Assembly: GCA_965235115.1 (NCBI GenBank)
Contig: OZ249438.1
Span: forward strand, 37,448,001 to 37,512,000
Reading direction: 5' to 3'
From: Laetmonice hystrix
Lineage: Eukaryota
Length of the DNA: 64,000 nt
The notes below the pieces were generated by a model, which was given only the letters and a program-made list of their open reading frames with translations, was not told the DNA's origin and searched no databases. This document shows, piece by piece, positions 50,515 to 63,289 of the stretch; the first letter of the stretch is position 1, and each line of letters begins with the position of its first letter. The translations under genes were made by a program, and so were the position numbers.

Positions 50515-50623
50515 ACAGTGTACTCGGGCCGCGGTCTGAACGATGACCAATGGCATGCCGTTACCGTCAGACGGCGCGCCCAACAACTCAGTCTCAAGGT
50601 GGATAACCTCACGGCTACTGAAG
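50515..50623 (+). CDS. NRXN: Internal coding exon of a laminin-G/LNS-domain protein, most likely alpha-neurexin (LNS4 region)
   Basis: Polypyrimidine acceptor (tactctaccttgtgtccttgcag|ACA) and canonical donor (GAAG|gtaagc). It encodes TVYSGRGLNDDQWHAVTVRRRAQQLSLKVDNLTATE(G), which aligns without gaps to the neurexin LNS4 segment as I recall it ([31 protein letters not shown]). The LamG call is strong; neurexin rather than another LamG protein (Caspr, axotactin) is less certain. Confidence 0.75.
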
Positions 50624-51370
50624 GTAAGCATCAACCACTACTTTCTCTACCGTTACCTGCCTCCTTATTATCACCCACTACTGACTGAGTGAGTGAGGCG
50701 GGCGCTGCCACGCCCAGCCCACATTGATCCAACCATTGTTAGTTACTTTGTTGACATTGATTGGTTATGGCCATGTTTACTCCATCAACACGTGGTGTGA
50801 ACATAGAACAGGTGGTAATTATCACACCTCGTAATGAAGCAGTATGTCCAAACATAACTTCTATCACTCCATCAAAATGTCCGTGTGAATTAAAATCAAT
50901 GTTTTTAATTTGTCAAAGCGTAGAGTTCGTATGTATTCTACATTCTAGTTTTAAGATATTTAAATGGCGGTTATAACTAACTCTATGAATTGAAACGGCA
51001 TGGCAATAATTTGTTCTAAAAATATCTACTTATTGTCTTATCATCTACTGAACCATTTTGTTTACATGTACAATGTATTTAACTTTCATTAATATTGCTA
51101 ACAACGTGAAGACATTGCTGGTTACTGACGGACAGCACTTGAAACGATTAAAAAACTTAAATGATTTGCTTGAGAAAATAACCAGAGTATGATAAGTGTC
51201 AATACATGATCCTTTCTTTGATATAGATTAACCTTATCGCACATGTCATTCATACAACTATTGTCAAATCAGGACATTCAATCTATGGTAATAACGGACC
51301 GAGTATTTACGTTTTTGTTGTATTCCAAGTTTTCCTGTCTCAGTGCATCTTTCTCTGGTGAATGATGGTA

Positions 51371-51649
51371 TGTATGGTGAGATTGTGCAGCAGTGGTATG
51401 AAATACGTGCTCAGATACAGTAATTCTGTATGGTGAGATTGTGCAGCAGTGGTATGAAATACGTGCTCAGATACAGTAATTCTGTATGGTGAGATTGTGC
51501 AGCAGTGGTATGAAATACGTGCTCAGATCCAGTAATTCTGTATGGTGAGATTGTGCAGCAGTGGTATGAAATACGTGCTCAGATACAGTAATTCTGTATG
51601 ATGAGATTGTGCAGCAGTGGTATGAAATACGTGCTCAGATACAGTAATT
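51371..51649. repeat. Minisatellite, 56-bp unit
   Basis: 5 copies of GTATGGTGAGATTGTGCAGCAGTGGTATGAAATACGTGCTCAGATACAGTAATTCT. Confidence 0.95.
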
Positions 51650-52239
51650 CCACAACAAATGGGAGCGAGTGTTGAAAGCGAGTGATGATGAGGCATCCCA
51701 TCTCGTCACAGAGTGCCCGACATGGTACCATTGGATCATTGCCGACCAACGCCACAACATTTGTATCAATTGGCCCCAGACAAGGGGCATTGATTGGATA
51801 ACTAAAGATGCCGTAAATCGTCATGTCAAGAGGCGGGTATGTTTCTCGTGTTGCCGGGGCTGGATGCAACCACAAACGTCATCCAGATATGAAGGGGGAG
51901 GGAGAGGGGCAGCATGATGATGGTATCAAGTATTTACTGCAATAGCTGGCATTGTGAGGCTCTCACGAGACATCCTCATGAATGAATCACATGTGACGCA
52001 TCACAATGGTACAGGGATATCATCTCCAGCATTAATATGAGCGGGACCTGGAGCTTGGAGCTTCCTCCCCCCTCCCACAGGGGGACCCTCCTCCCTCCCC
52101 CCGCCCGCCTCGGCTGAGGTACTTGGAGGAGCCCCCTCCCCCCGCCCGCCTCGGCTGAGGTTCTCTCCCCCCCCCCCTCCCGGCGCTCGCATCAGGAAAG
52201 GAAAGCATCACTCTATCCTTATGAACATCACACTGGAGG

Positions 52240-53163
52240 GATTACATTTCTGCTACTTCAAAAACATGAAACCAACTTCAAATGTGGAACATGAAACTGC
52301 AGGGATAACGTTTCTCCAACTTCAGAAACCAACCTCAACTGAAGAAACATTGCTCCAACTGCAAGAATTGCATGAAACTGTCGCGGTTACATTGCTCCAA
52401 CTGCAGGGATTACATGAAACTGGCGCGGTTACATTGCTCGAACTGCAAGAATTACATGAAATTGGCGCGGTTACATTGCTCCAACTGCAAGAATTACATG
52501 AAACTGTCGCGGTTACATTGCTCCAAATGTTAGGATTACATGAAACTGGCGCGGTTACATTGCTCCAACTGCAAGAATTACATGAAACTGGCGCGGTTAC
52601 ATTGCTCGAACTGCAAGAATTACATGAAATTGGCGCGTTTACATTGCTCCAACTGCAAGAATTACATGAAACTGTCGCGGTTACATTGCTCCAAATGTTA
52701 GGATTACATGAAACTGGCGCGGTTACATTGCTCCAACTGCAAGAATTACATGAAACTGGCGCGGTTACATTGCTCCAACTGTTAGGATTACATGAAACTG
52801 TCGCGGTTACATTGCTCCAACTGCAGAAACATGAAACTGTCGCGGTTACATTGCTCCAACTGCAGAAACATGAAACTGTCGCGGTTACATTGCTCCAACT
52901 GCAGAAACATGAAACTGTCGCGGTTACATTGCTCCAACTGCAGAAACATGAAACTGTCGCGGTTACATTGCTCCAACTGTTAGGATTACATGAAACTGTC
53001 GCGGTTACATTGCTCCAACTGTTAGGATTACATGAAACTGTCGCGGTTACATTGCTCCAACTGCAAGAATTACATGAAACTGGCGCGGTTACATTGCTCC
53101 AACTGTTAGGATTACATGAAACTGTCGCGGTTACATTGCTCCAACTGCAGAAACATGAAACTA
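52240..53163. repeat. Minisatellite, 42/39-bp unit
   Basis: ~20 copies of CATTGCTCCAACTGCAAGAATTACATGAAACTG(T/G)CGCGGTTA with degenerate copies at the 5' edge. Confidence 0.95.
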
Positions 53164-53641
53164 GAGGGATTGCATTGCAGAAGGCGGGGGCCACACTGGT
53201 TTGGAAGAACTTGATGCCATAACGGTTGTGCAGCTGAACCTGTGGCACAAGGGAATATGGTAACTGTAGGACAGCGAGAGGAGGTGGAACTCTTTAATCT
53301 TGGATGACCTCGGGGGCTACCATCTTATGTATGACGAGTTGTGATTTAAGTAAGGGGATTGAGGGATAGAATATGTAAGCGAAATACAAGGGGGCTGTAA
53401 AATAAAAGTAAAGTAAACTGGATTGCTAGACTAACTTTGAAGGGACACTCTGAAAGATATGGATTGTTCTGAAATCTACATGAATTCAAATTCGACTCGG
53501 CAGTCGGACTTTGATTTGCAAGAAAACCTTGGAAGCAGTATAATATTGTTTGGGGCGAGAACGAATCCACAAGATCCGCTGGCCAGGCACCTTCCTGTAG
53601 AAGAGGAAATCAGGAACAGGAGATGGAACCTGAGAGGGGTA

Positions 53642-53856
53642 TTTTTTTAATTTGATGGGACTTTACGCCCCCGCAACAGCCCAGGTCATTTCGTGGCCAT
53701 CAGTTTCATTGGTGGAGACAACCGAAGCACCCGGAGAAAACAGCCAACCTTATGAAAGGTAACTTGTGGCTCGAAGGGGATTCCGAACCAGTGCCAGCTC
53801 GTGTGGCATGGTCAGATAGTCGGACTGCTGCAGCACACATAGTCTCGCGTCCCGGG
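53642..53856 (-). mobile_element. tRNA-derived SINE (V-/Meta-SINE-like central motif)
   Basis: The minus strand reads: B-box-like GGTTCGGAATCCC, then central GGCTGTTTTCTCCGGGTGCTTCGGTTGTCTCCACCAATGAAACTG (similar to a SINE central motif I recall from invertebrate and fish SINEs), then an A-rich tail AATTAAAAAAA. Confidence 0.65.
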
Positions 53857-53905
53857 TTGATGACATTCTCTCCCCTAAAACATCATCTAGGAGGTGACGT
53901 GTCGT

Positions 53906-54360
53906 GCCCCCCGGCCTGGGGTGTAGTGACGGGGTACCCCCCCGGCCTGGGGTGTAGTGACGGGGTATCCCCCCGGCCTGGGTTGTAGTGTCGGGGTATC
54001 CCCCCGGCCTGGGTTGTAGTGTCGGGGTGTCCCCTCGGCCTGGGTTGTAGTGTCGGGGCGTCACCCCGGCCTGGGTTGTAGTGTTAGGGTATCCCCCCGG
54101 CCTGGGTTGTAGTGTCGGGGTGTCCCCCGGCCTGGGTTGTAGTGTCGGGGTATCCCCCCGGCCTGGGTTGTAGTGTCGGGGTATCCCCCCGGCCTGGGTC
54201 GTAGTGTCGGGGTGTCCCCCGGCCTGGGTTGTAGTGTCGGGGTGTCCCCTCGGCCTGGGTTGTAGTGTCGGAGTGTCCCCCCGGCTGGGGTTGTAGTGTC
54301 GGGGTGTCCCCTCGGCCTGGGTTGTAGTGTTGGGGTGTCCCCCCCGGCCTGGGTTGTAGT
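53906..54360. repeat. Minisatellite, 30-31 bp unit
   Basis: ~15 copies of CCCCCGGCCTGGGTTGTAGTGTCGGGGT(G/A)T. Confidence 0.95.
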
Positions 54361-55437
54361 GGCAGTGAGGGGTTGTGTTGTGTGGAATGGGGTGAGGCAG
54401 TGAGGGGTTGTGTTGTGTTTGGGGGGAAGGGACCAGGTGAGTGTGGTGGAGGTCGGGTGGGATCAGGTGGGTGGGATGGGTGTGGGGGTGGGGTGAGGCA
54501 GTGAGGGGTTGTGTTGTGTTTGGGGTGAAGGGACCAGGTGAGTGTGGTGGAGGTCGGGTGGGATCAGGTGGGTGGGATGGGTGTGGGGGTGGGGTGAGGC
54601 AGTGAGGGGTTGTGTTGTGTTTGGGGGGAAGGGACCAGGTGAGTGTGGTGGAGGTCGGGTGGGATCAGGTGGGTGTGGTGGAGGTCGGGTGGGACCAGGT
54701 GGGTGTGGTGGAGGTCGGGTGGGACCAGGTGGGTGTGGTGGAGGTCGGGTGGGATCAGGTGGGTGGGATGGGTGTGGGGGTGGGGTGAGGCAGTGAGGGG
54801 TTGTGTTGTGTTTGGGGGGAAGGGACCAGGTGAGTGTGGTGGAGGTCGGGTGGGATCAGGTGGGTGTGGTGGAGGTCGGGTGGGACCAGGTGGGTGTGGT
54901 GGAGGTCGGGTGGGACCAGGTGGGTGTGGTGGAGGTCGGGTGGGATCAGGTGGGTGGGATGGGTGTGGGGGTGGGGTGAGGCAGTGAGGGGTTGTGTTGT
55001 GTTTGGGGGGAAGGGACCAGGTGAGTGTGGTGGAGGTCGGGTGGGATCAGGTGGGTGTGGTGGAGGTCGGGTGGGACCAGGTGGGTGTGGTGGAGGTCGG
55101 GTGGGACCAGGTGGGTGTGGTGGAGGTCGGGTGGGATCAGGTGGGTGGGATGGGTGTGGGGGTGGGGTGAGGCAGTGAGGGGTTGTGTTGTGTTTGGGGG
55201 GAAGGGACCAGGTGAGTGTGGTGGAGGTCGGGTGGGATCAGGTGGGTGTGGTGGAGGTCGGGTGGGACCAGGTGGGTGTGGTGGAGGTCGGGTGGGACCA
55301 GGTGGGTGTGGTGGAGGTCGGGTGGGATCAGGTGGGTGGGATGGGTGTGGGGGTGGGGTGAGGCAGTGAGGGGTTGTGTTGTGTTTGGGGTGAAGGGATC
55401 AGGTGGGTGTGGTGGAGGTCGGGTGGGATCAGGTGGG
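54361..55437. repeat. G-rich higher-order repeat, 191-bp period
   Basis: Identical ORFs recur at 54643, 54834, 55025 and 55216. Each period holds four 29-bp subunits GTGTGGTGGAGGTCGGGTGGGA(T/C)CAGGTG plus a linker. Confidence 0.95.
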
Positions 55438-57640
55438 ATGCGATCACCAAGCGGTGCGATCAATCTCTAGGCGGTCATGACTGATGACGTCACCAGGTGC
55501 CCGGGCAGTCCGTTTCCTCCGGTTGTATTGATTGACGCGGTCGGAGTAAAGGTCAGGAGTTCAGGGGGAGGTCATAGGGTCAGGAGGTGAGGATGTCGAT
55601 AGACAGCCAACATATCAAGTCGGGATCTGCAGGCGCCATTTCATACCTCCCAATCGGCTGATGTCTGATATACCCCCCCAACCCGACCCGTGACCTCTAC
55701 CCCACCCCCTCTAGGAGGGCCCCACCCTCATGACTGACTACTGCAGGCCAATGTCGCTGCCTCCCTGAGGGACCATCGTCTGAGTGACCGATCACATTCT
55801 GGGGCTGAAGGACCCCCCATGAGGCGGAGTTTTCATTATAAATGTCAATATTTAGTTGATAGATCATGACATACGGCTGATAACGATTTTCGCGACTCGA
55901 GGACAAACTGGTTGGGGGGGGGGAGAGTCCGTTTTTTTTGAATGACTCTGATAATGACTCTAATATTATGACTGTCTTGAAGATACTTTTTGTAATAGAA
56001 CTTCTTAAACTTCCAGCTATGTTCCTTCCAATTTTCTCCATATGACCTCCCGTGATATCCTTTGAATATCGTCTCCGACATGATTGCCTGTTTCTGTCGA
56101 GAATATATTATCCCAGCGCCATCGAGAGGTGGGTATAGCTGAGATCTGGCGATATGGTCCGACCAGGTACTTCCTCCATAGTAAAATGTAACGCGATCAT
56201 TTCATACAGTAAAACGATAATCAGTGTCATGGAATCAGTTTGCGACTCCAGTTTTATTCCATAATAATGTAATATCTTGGTCTCGTCATGGAATATTTCC
56301 CCTCGTAAAATATCAAGACAGTGCATGGTTCAAACAGGCTCATACCAGGGTTGTTATGACACCTCATGGGGGGTAGGGGTAGGAAAGGCTCGGAGACAGG
56401 GCCATTAAAATTGCTCTACAATTTGGGTTTAGAAATACTGGGCGGAGAAGTCGGTCCGACCAGTGACAGTGTGAGGGGACTGAGATTATCTATCAGTGTC
56501 CGACCCATTCCTCTGTCCACGTGCTTTATATGTATGAAGGACATGCATAATTCACATTGGTTTGGTCTCACTGCGCAACCTTTCTTGCCAGCTCAAGTCC
56601 TGGCCCTCTTCAAACGGCTTCATGGTTGATTCATCAAAGAACAAGTGTGTGTGTGGGGGGGGGGGGGGCAGTGACTCGTGGCTGTCCGACCTTGTATACG
56701 AGGATTCCTCACAAACCAACGTTTCACTCCACAAATGTCACGTAACAATAACTGGCTTCATTTGAATCCGTCAGAAGTAGGTTACCGTACATGGATACTG
56801 TCGAACGCCTGCTGTCATTATGGTAACTAACGACTGACAGCAAACGTAAGGACTGCTTGGTGAAAAAAAATCGCCATTACATCTGTTAGCGGCAGCGAGG
56901 AAATGTCACCACTTGCACGACTTGCCGAGAGCAGCCGCCCTCCAGAAATAGGCAGTCATTGCCTGCAAATATAAGCAATGAATCAAGGAAGGTAAATTAG
57001 TATTTATTGTAGTCACATGACATGCGTGTTCCTGGAGCTACTGTCGGACGTACCTCCTGGAGTACGTCAGAGAATAAATCCAGGTCAGGCAAACGCAGCG
57101 TTATCTGCTGGAGTCCGCCTGCAGGACGGTAACAGTGTTCATGACCACCTGGCGGCAGTATAAAACTTTGAGATCGGCAAGAAGAAGGAAAAGTTTGAGG
57201 AGAACCTGTTATATGTGATAATCGGAGTGTCGTCTTGGGTTGATGGATGGAGGACTGAGTGAGGCTGAGGGCCAAACCAATGGACCAATTGGGAATATGT
57301 TAGGAGCTGGAGCACCGGGCAGTTTGATCACGTGGCCTTTATACTGGTCGGGGAATGGCGTGAGGCGTGCCAGAATGATTGCCAATCTATGTCATGTTTA
57401 TGGATGTTATGATCAGTCAGAGGATGGCTGCCGTCGGTGAAGGGGAGGTGTTGGGGGGTACTACATCTGAGAGTGTGGTCTGTACCGGGTAGGACAGAAA
57501 TTATCACCGCATTCTCGACCCACGTTTTCAGTTCCCCGACTCAGGACCTACATTGAACGCCTCCATATTCCTTCCCTGAAGATGGCCAATCACTAACTAA
57601 TCACTACCAATCACTGATCCAAGTCATCCGAATACCAATG

Positions 57641-58350
57641 TAATACAGTATGAACGGTTAAAGATCCACTGTAACACGGTATGAACGGTTCAGATCCCAC
57701 TGTAACACGGTATGAACGGTTCAGATCCCACTGTAACACGGTATGAACGGTTCAGATCCCACTGTAACACGGTATGAACGGTTCAGATCCCACTATAACA
57801 CGGTATGAACGGTTCAGATCCCACTGTAACACGGTATGAACGGTTCAGATCCCACTGTAACACGGTATGAACGGTTCAGATCCCACTGTAACACGGTATG
57901 AACGGTTCAGATCCCACTGTAACACGGTATGAACGGTTAAAGATCCACTGTAACACGGTATGAACGGTTCAGATCCCACTGTAACACGGTATGAACGGTT
58001 CAGATCACACTGTAACACGGTATGAACGGTTCAGATCCCACTGTAACACGGTATGAACGGTTCAGATCCCACTGTAACACGGTATGAACGGTTCAGATCC
58101 CACTGTAACACGGTATGAATGGTTCAGACCCCACTGTAACACGGTATGAACGGTTCAGATCCCACTGTATAACGGTATGAACGGTTCAGATCCCACTGTA
58201 ACACGGTATGAACGGTTCAGATCCCACTGTAACACAGTATGAACGGTTCAGATCCCACTGTAACACGGTGTGAACGGTTCCGATCCCACTGTAACACGGT
58301 ATGAACGGTTCAGATCCCACTGTAACACGGTATGAACGGTTTAGATCCCA
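57641..58350. repeat. Minisatellite, 31-bp unit
   Basis: ~23 copies of TGTAACACGGTATGAACGGTTCAGATCCCAC. Confidence 0.96.
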
Positions 58351-60177
58351 TTCTACACGATGATCTCTGCTGCCCCCATTGATCCAGACCGTGGTAGCTG
58401 ACGAGCGGGCGTGGAGCCAATTAAACGGATTGAGCTGAGCTGTGGGCCGGAGGTGGGCGCAGGGGGCTGGGGCTGAGGGGGGAGGGGTGGCGGGGGCCAG
58501 ATCGGTTACTTATTCATGATACCCGGTGTGGGAATGTAATCACAAACAACGACTCCACCGCTCTCCGCCTGTAGTCAGCCACTGTACGATTGTAGGCCTT
58601 TGATCTTACAACATGTCGCCGCTATAGAAAAATTTGTTTTCCATCTGGAGGCGTTTAAAATGCGTAATTTACGTGACTTTGAGAGGTTGATGTGGTGGTG
58701 GTGGTGCCGTGGGTGGTGATGGTGAGGATAGTGTAATATGGAGATAGACTGATACTGTGGAGATGTGGGTGTAACTTTAATAGTTGTTTAACAAAGTTAA
58801 ACACATGATCACATGATCCTGGCTGGAGCATTGTTTCGGTAATATCTAGAAATGGTACTCGCCATAAGGAAGCAATGATCAGAGACCTCCCGCACTGCCA
58901 CGGTTTACAACGTTCATGTTGATACGGCTCACCAAATGGTGGGGATGGGTAAAGGGGGCTTTTTTATTGTTCCTGTGCGAAATTATGTTACTTTAACCTC
59001 CATTATCGCCCCTTTGATGCACAGTCTCAGTACCACCCCACCCCTCCGTGACGGACAGAATCTGTCGGAGAGTTAGTCCGTCACTTGTAGCGTCCAATAG
59101 AATCAATCCAGGGCTCCAAGTCAGGCAGGTGGCTGTGGTGACCAGGTGTCTGTATCTGTGTAAAGAAAGGTGTCGTAAAATATTGGTGTCACAGACGATC
59201 CCTTGAAGGAGATGTCGTGATCGAACCGGATTACGGCTTTTGTTAACATTTATTGCTCCGAAGTCACATGGGGATGTGCTTTTTTTCAAACTCGCTTCTT
59301 AAATTGCAAGTTCAAATCTGGTTCTAATTAGGAATTTCTAAAAACAATTGAGGACACGCATTTTGATTTTCCTTTGAAGGCAGCATGGTGTTGTTGGTTG
59401 TGCCGAATACAGGCCTGAATTGAATGTCGTAACCCAAGGTGTTCCAGCCAATGTTCTCCATGCATTGACGCCGCCCTGGCGTTCCGACCTATTATTCGTC
59501 AAGGATTCACGGGACTTAAACACAACTATCTTATTTTTAAACCTCTATTCAAAACTTAATTCAAAACTGTTAAAAGTGAGATAAAAAGGTTTCAAATTGG
59601 CGAAGGCTTTACTCAAACATGAAGTAAAAACAGCAGGCTTCTTAATCATGAGGCAAACTGGATGTGAAGAATGGATCAATAAATTGAGGCAGTTACCGTA
59701 ACATACTTATCTCATACGTCATAGGCCTGAGAGAATGCAATTAATCGTGGGAATAATTTATCATTAAAATACCTTTTTATAATCCAGGCTTTGCAGAGTT
59801 AGACAAGGGGAGAATTGACATGGAAACATCAGTAAGAAAGGCTAAACAATAGTATTTGTTATAGTGTTATACCATGAACAAACCATATCGTAGGGGTAAA
59901 GATAGATGTTTCCGGCAGTCACGTGGGGGAGTCGGAATGACTCAATAAATGACTAAAAGAATGAGAGAATGAATGAATACACACCTGACAGACCTGTCAG
60001 CCAGAGTTACCAAACCTGACAGTGTGTATTTTAAGGCCTACCTGACGCAATCACCACCTGGCTTTCATAATTTCCTTCAGATATCTTTTTAACATAAACA
60101 ATAGGAGCGTACATAATGAAGAGGTAGGGTGATCGTGCAGCCACCAAGTTGTCCTTTGTAACATTCAGACCTGACAA

Positions 60178-60230
60178 ACATCACGTGACCAGAAGCTTCC
60201 TGTTGGCTGTATACAGATTGGTTGACGTCA
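60178..60230. promoter_or_regulatory. Compact cluster of E-box, ETS, CCAAT and CRE motifs
   Basis: TCACGTGAC (60181-60189), CTTCCTGT (60196-60203), ATTGG (60217-60221) and TGACGTCA (60223-60230) within 50 bp. Confidence 0.35.
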
Positions 60231-60489
60231 GGAGATGAGGTATGCCGAGTTGTAACAATTAGCAATCGCTGCCGTGTGCTATATGAGCTCCTGTGATGAG
60301 GAATATATAATGGCTGCCTCCCTGTGGTGAGACGGAAGGAAAGATCCCCAGTGGAACAAGGGACGTGAAGGAAACCTATAATTAATCATCGAATGATTCT
60401 GCCATCGCACACGATTTTACCTTAAAAATCGAATCGTGTAACGAGAAGCTCATGCCGCTTGATTTAACCAGACGCTGATGGTGTATTAT

Positions 60490-60841
60490 TTGTACAGGCA
60501 CCGGTGGTGAACCGTTTGTACAGGCGTCAGTACTGAACCATTTGTACAGGCACCGGTGGTGAACGGTTTGTACAGGCGTCAGTACTGAACCATTTGTACA
60601 GGCACCGGTGGTGAACCGTTTGTACAGGCGTCAGTACTGAACCATTTGTACAGGCACCGGTGGTGAACCGTTTATACAGGCGTCAGTACTGAACCATTTG
60701 TACAGGCACCGGTGGTGAACCATTTATACAGGCGTCAGTAGTCAACCATTTGTACAGGCGCCGGTGGTGAACCGTTTGTACAGGCGTCAGTACTGAACCA
60801 TTTGTACAGGCACCGGTGGTGAACCATTTACAGGCGTCAGT
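60490..60841. repeat. Minisatellite, 52-bp dimer of two 26-bp subunits
   Basis: TTGTACAGGCACCGGTGGTGAACCGT alternates with TTGTACAGGCGTCAGTACTGAACCAT, ~6.5 cycles. Confidence 0.95.
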
Positions 60842-61949
60842 TGGCCGGTATTACATTAGTTCCAGGACCAGTTTCACAGGTGTATGATAAGGGTATGCTG
60901 GTCAAGCAGCTCTCAGATCAGCAGGGCCGACTGGTGGCCTTGTTATAATGGGAGCAGCCATGCAAGGCGTGACCAATCTATTCGTGCCGCCGGCCCGGAC
61001 ATGCGCAGTGTGCGGCTGGTGTCCGGCCTAGTGTGTAGGGTCAGGGTCTGTTGATGGCTTCGACCTCGGTATTCATGGCGACACGAGAAGTCTCACGGAA
61101 GGATGCACCTGGCGGCAGGTGGAGGACGATATACACGGCCACACCCTGCCATCCCTCCTAATCCTCCAATCTCTACAGCACGATACCAGCAGCCAGGGTG
61201 GGGGCCTTTAATAATCCCTCCAGGCTGTTAGACACCAGCGTTTAAAGATCTAACTGGTGAAGGTGAAAATACTTACAGGTGGTGTTGGGGGTGGTTGCTT
61301 GTTTTACGTCTTGTCTCCACCTGGTGGTCATATTCAGGACCAGGTAGTTTTCATTTACTGAGACCGTTTGGGGTGATGGTGATGATGATGGGAGTAACGC
61401 GCACAGTGGAGGACTGATAGGGAAATGTTATTCTGAGCATCACCGATTACGGTTCGGCCCAGAGAAATGCTGAACTGCATTGCGCCATCTGTGGCGGAGT
61501 TATGGCACAAAGACAGGAGCCGACTTAATCAGGAACTTTTGGAGAAGTCATTACGAGGTTGAATAAGGAGAACGTGGTAATTTGTACGGAGCACACGAGC
61601 AGTAATTCGTTCACAAATCATTCTGTCGGAGGCTTCCAGCTAGCAGTCCATCGTCACACACCCAGGTGTGATTGCAGAACTCGGGAAACTTCTACAGCGA
61701 ATCGCCAGATGATTGCATCAGGTTCTGGGCGTACCTGATCGTAGCGCCCCCGTGTGGCGGGAATCCAGATGACCTACGTGCCGGTTTTCGTACGTCGGTT
61801 GTCGTGGCTGCTCTGGCGTGCAGCAATAATGGCGTCAGGGTGCCATCCTCGGCATGTCTGACCTGATCTAGACACCTACATCACTCAGTTCTTAATGACC
61901 TTATCACAGTATCATGGCGAGAACCCTCTCCTAGTCATAGCTACTAGAG

Positions 61950-62160
61950 GAGGGAGGAACTCCTGTTAACATGCCAGGAGGAGGACCCTCTCCTGTTAAA
62001 AGTGCCAGGAGAGAGGACCTTCTCTTAATAATGCCAGGAGGGAGGACCCCTCTCCTGTTAACAATGCCAGGAGGGAGCACCCTCGCCTGTTAACAATGCC
62101 AGGAGGGAGGACCCCTCTCCTGTTAACAGTCCCAAGAGGGAGGACCCCTGTTAACTGTAC
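61950..62160. repeat. Degenerate minisatellite, ~31-33 bp unit
   Basis: ~6 copies of GCCAGGAGGGAGGACCCCTCTCCTGTTAACAAT. Confidence 0.88.
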
Positions 62161-63289
62161 CTGGAGGCAGACACTTACTGTTAACACCCACCTGATTGCT
62201 AGTCATAAAAGGCCTTGCTCCACCATCGAGACCGACCATCAGGACAAGTCAGGTGTTACCTTTGATACCAAACCACAGGCCAGCACTGACGGACCGGCTC
62301 CCCAGCACAGCAAGCTGGAGATTACTTTTGTCACAGCGGAGGCTGATCAAAAGGCGCCAGGTCAGCCATGAAGGTGCACTTCTTTAGGAGATCTAAAAGA
62401 CATAGTGTGGAGGGAAAGCCACAAAGAGGTTGACCGTCAATAGATCAAGGTAGTTCATGCGAATGTCAAATAGCTGAGAGTGACACTTTTTAAAGAAGAA
62501 CTTAGTCGGCAGGCTTTGTTCTGTAAGCCACCTTTGAAGATTGCCTGGCCGCTAACTTTGTAGTTTGTGGTGCTGAGGTCCACGTTCTGTGAAGGTCCCT
62601 GGGGGCTGGTTTGGTGCTCAGGACGCGATGGTCTGGTGTATGTTTTATCAGTAATCATTGCTGTGCAAGCAGGATGGCAATATGTATGTATTCATGGCAG
62701 ACGTGGGTGTGGGCGACACTGTTTTACAGAATCCATAAAGATTCTCTCACGATATACGGTAGGGGACTGTCGGTGGAGGCTGATGTGTCATTGTGTCAGG
62801 GATGTAAACCTAGGAAGTCTTGATAGTCCGTCACTGCCGGCGGTGTCGTCCATCAGTCACAGTCTGTGTCACAGCGAACCCAGGCGTGACAGGTGTATAG
62901 GGTACTTGAGTGAACCTTTGACTGCTCAGGGCGCCATTTCTGATTTCTGTTTTGGGTTTTTATTATAATAGATCACACCGCCAAAAACAGTATTGGCAAC
63001 TCCTCTAAATCTAAGGGTGAATAGATTCTTGGGTATCTTAAAAGGATGCTTTGAGCGGCTTACAGAAAGGATGGTCTCTGCATATTACATGCGCAGATCA
63101 ATGGGGTATTGATGGCGTCCAGGTCAAAGAGAAATGGCGAGAGGCAAGGCCTTCACCAATGTGGTCAGGCAACCTCGCCCGCCAGCCAATCACAATCCTC
63201 CAATTACACTTCACTGCTCCCTTGTCGCCTTCAAAATGTTTGGATTATTGCCTGGTAATCCACGGCAAGCTTTGATCGCCACCGCCTGG

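Noticed and set aside
51669-51835. HLVTECP resembling a LINE C-terminal zinc knuckle, or a phase-1 exon ending at GTATGT
   Set aside because: The upstream CxxC is missing, and the peptide has no similarity to the expected neurexin continuation.
52221-53248. 333-aa (+) and 308-aa (-) ORFs with LRR-like LQELH periodicity
   Set aside because: Both arise from a 42/39-bp unit (multiples of 3) that is stop-free on both strands. The non-repeat N-terminus is just degenerate units, and there is no domain or splice support.
2729-62160. Many repeat units contain 6-bp palindromes (GTCGAC, GGATCC, CCATGG, TGTACA, GTTAAC)
   Set aside because: At 1/64 per position, a 40-50 bp unit has about even odds of containing one, so this is not evidence of a shared mechanism without a formal test.
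62253-62360. Possible next neurexin exon (…QHSKLEI… resembling DHTRLEF), phase 1 to phase 1
   Set aside because: The only phase-compatible acceptor (ggacaagtcag) lacks a pyrimidine tract, the spacing to HSKLE is ~11 residues too long, and the flanking residues do not align.
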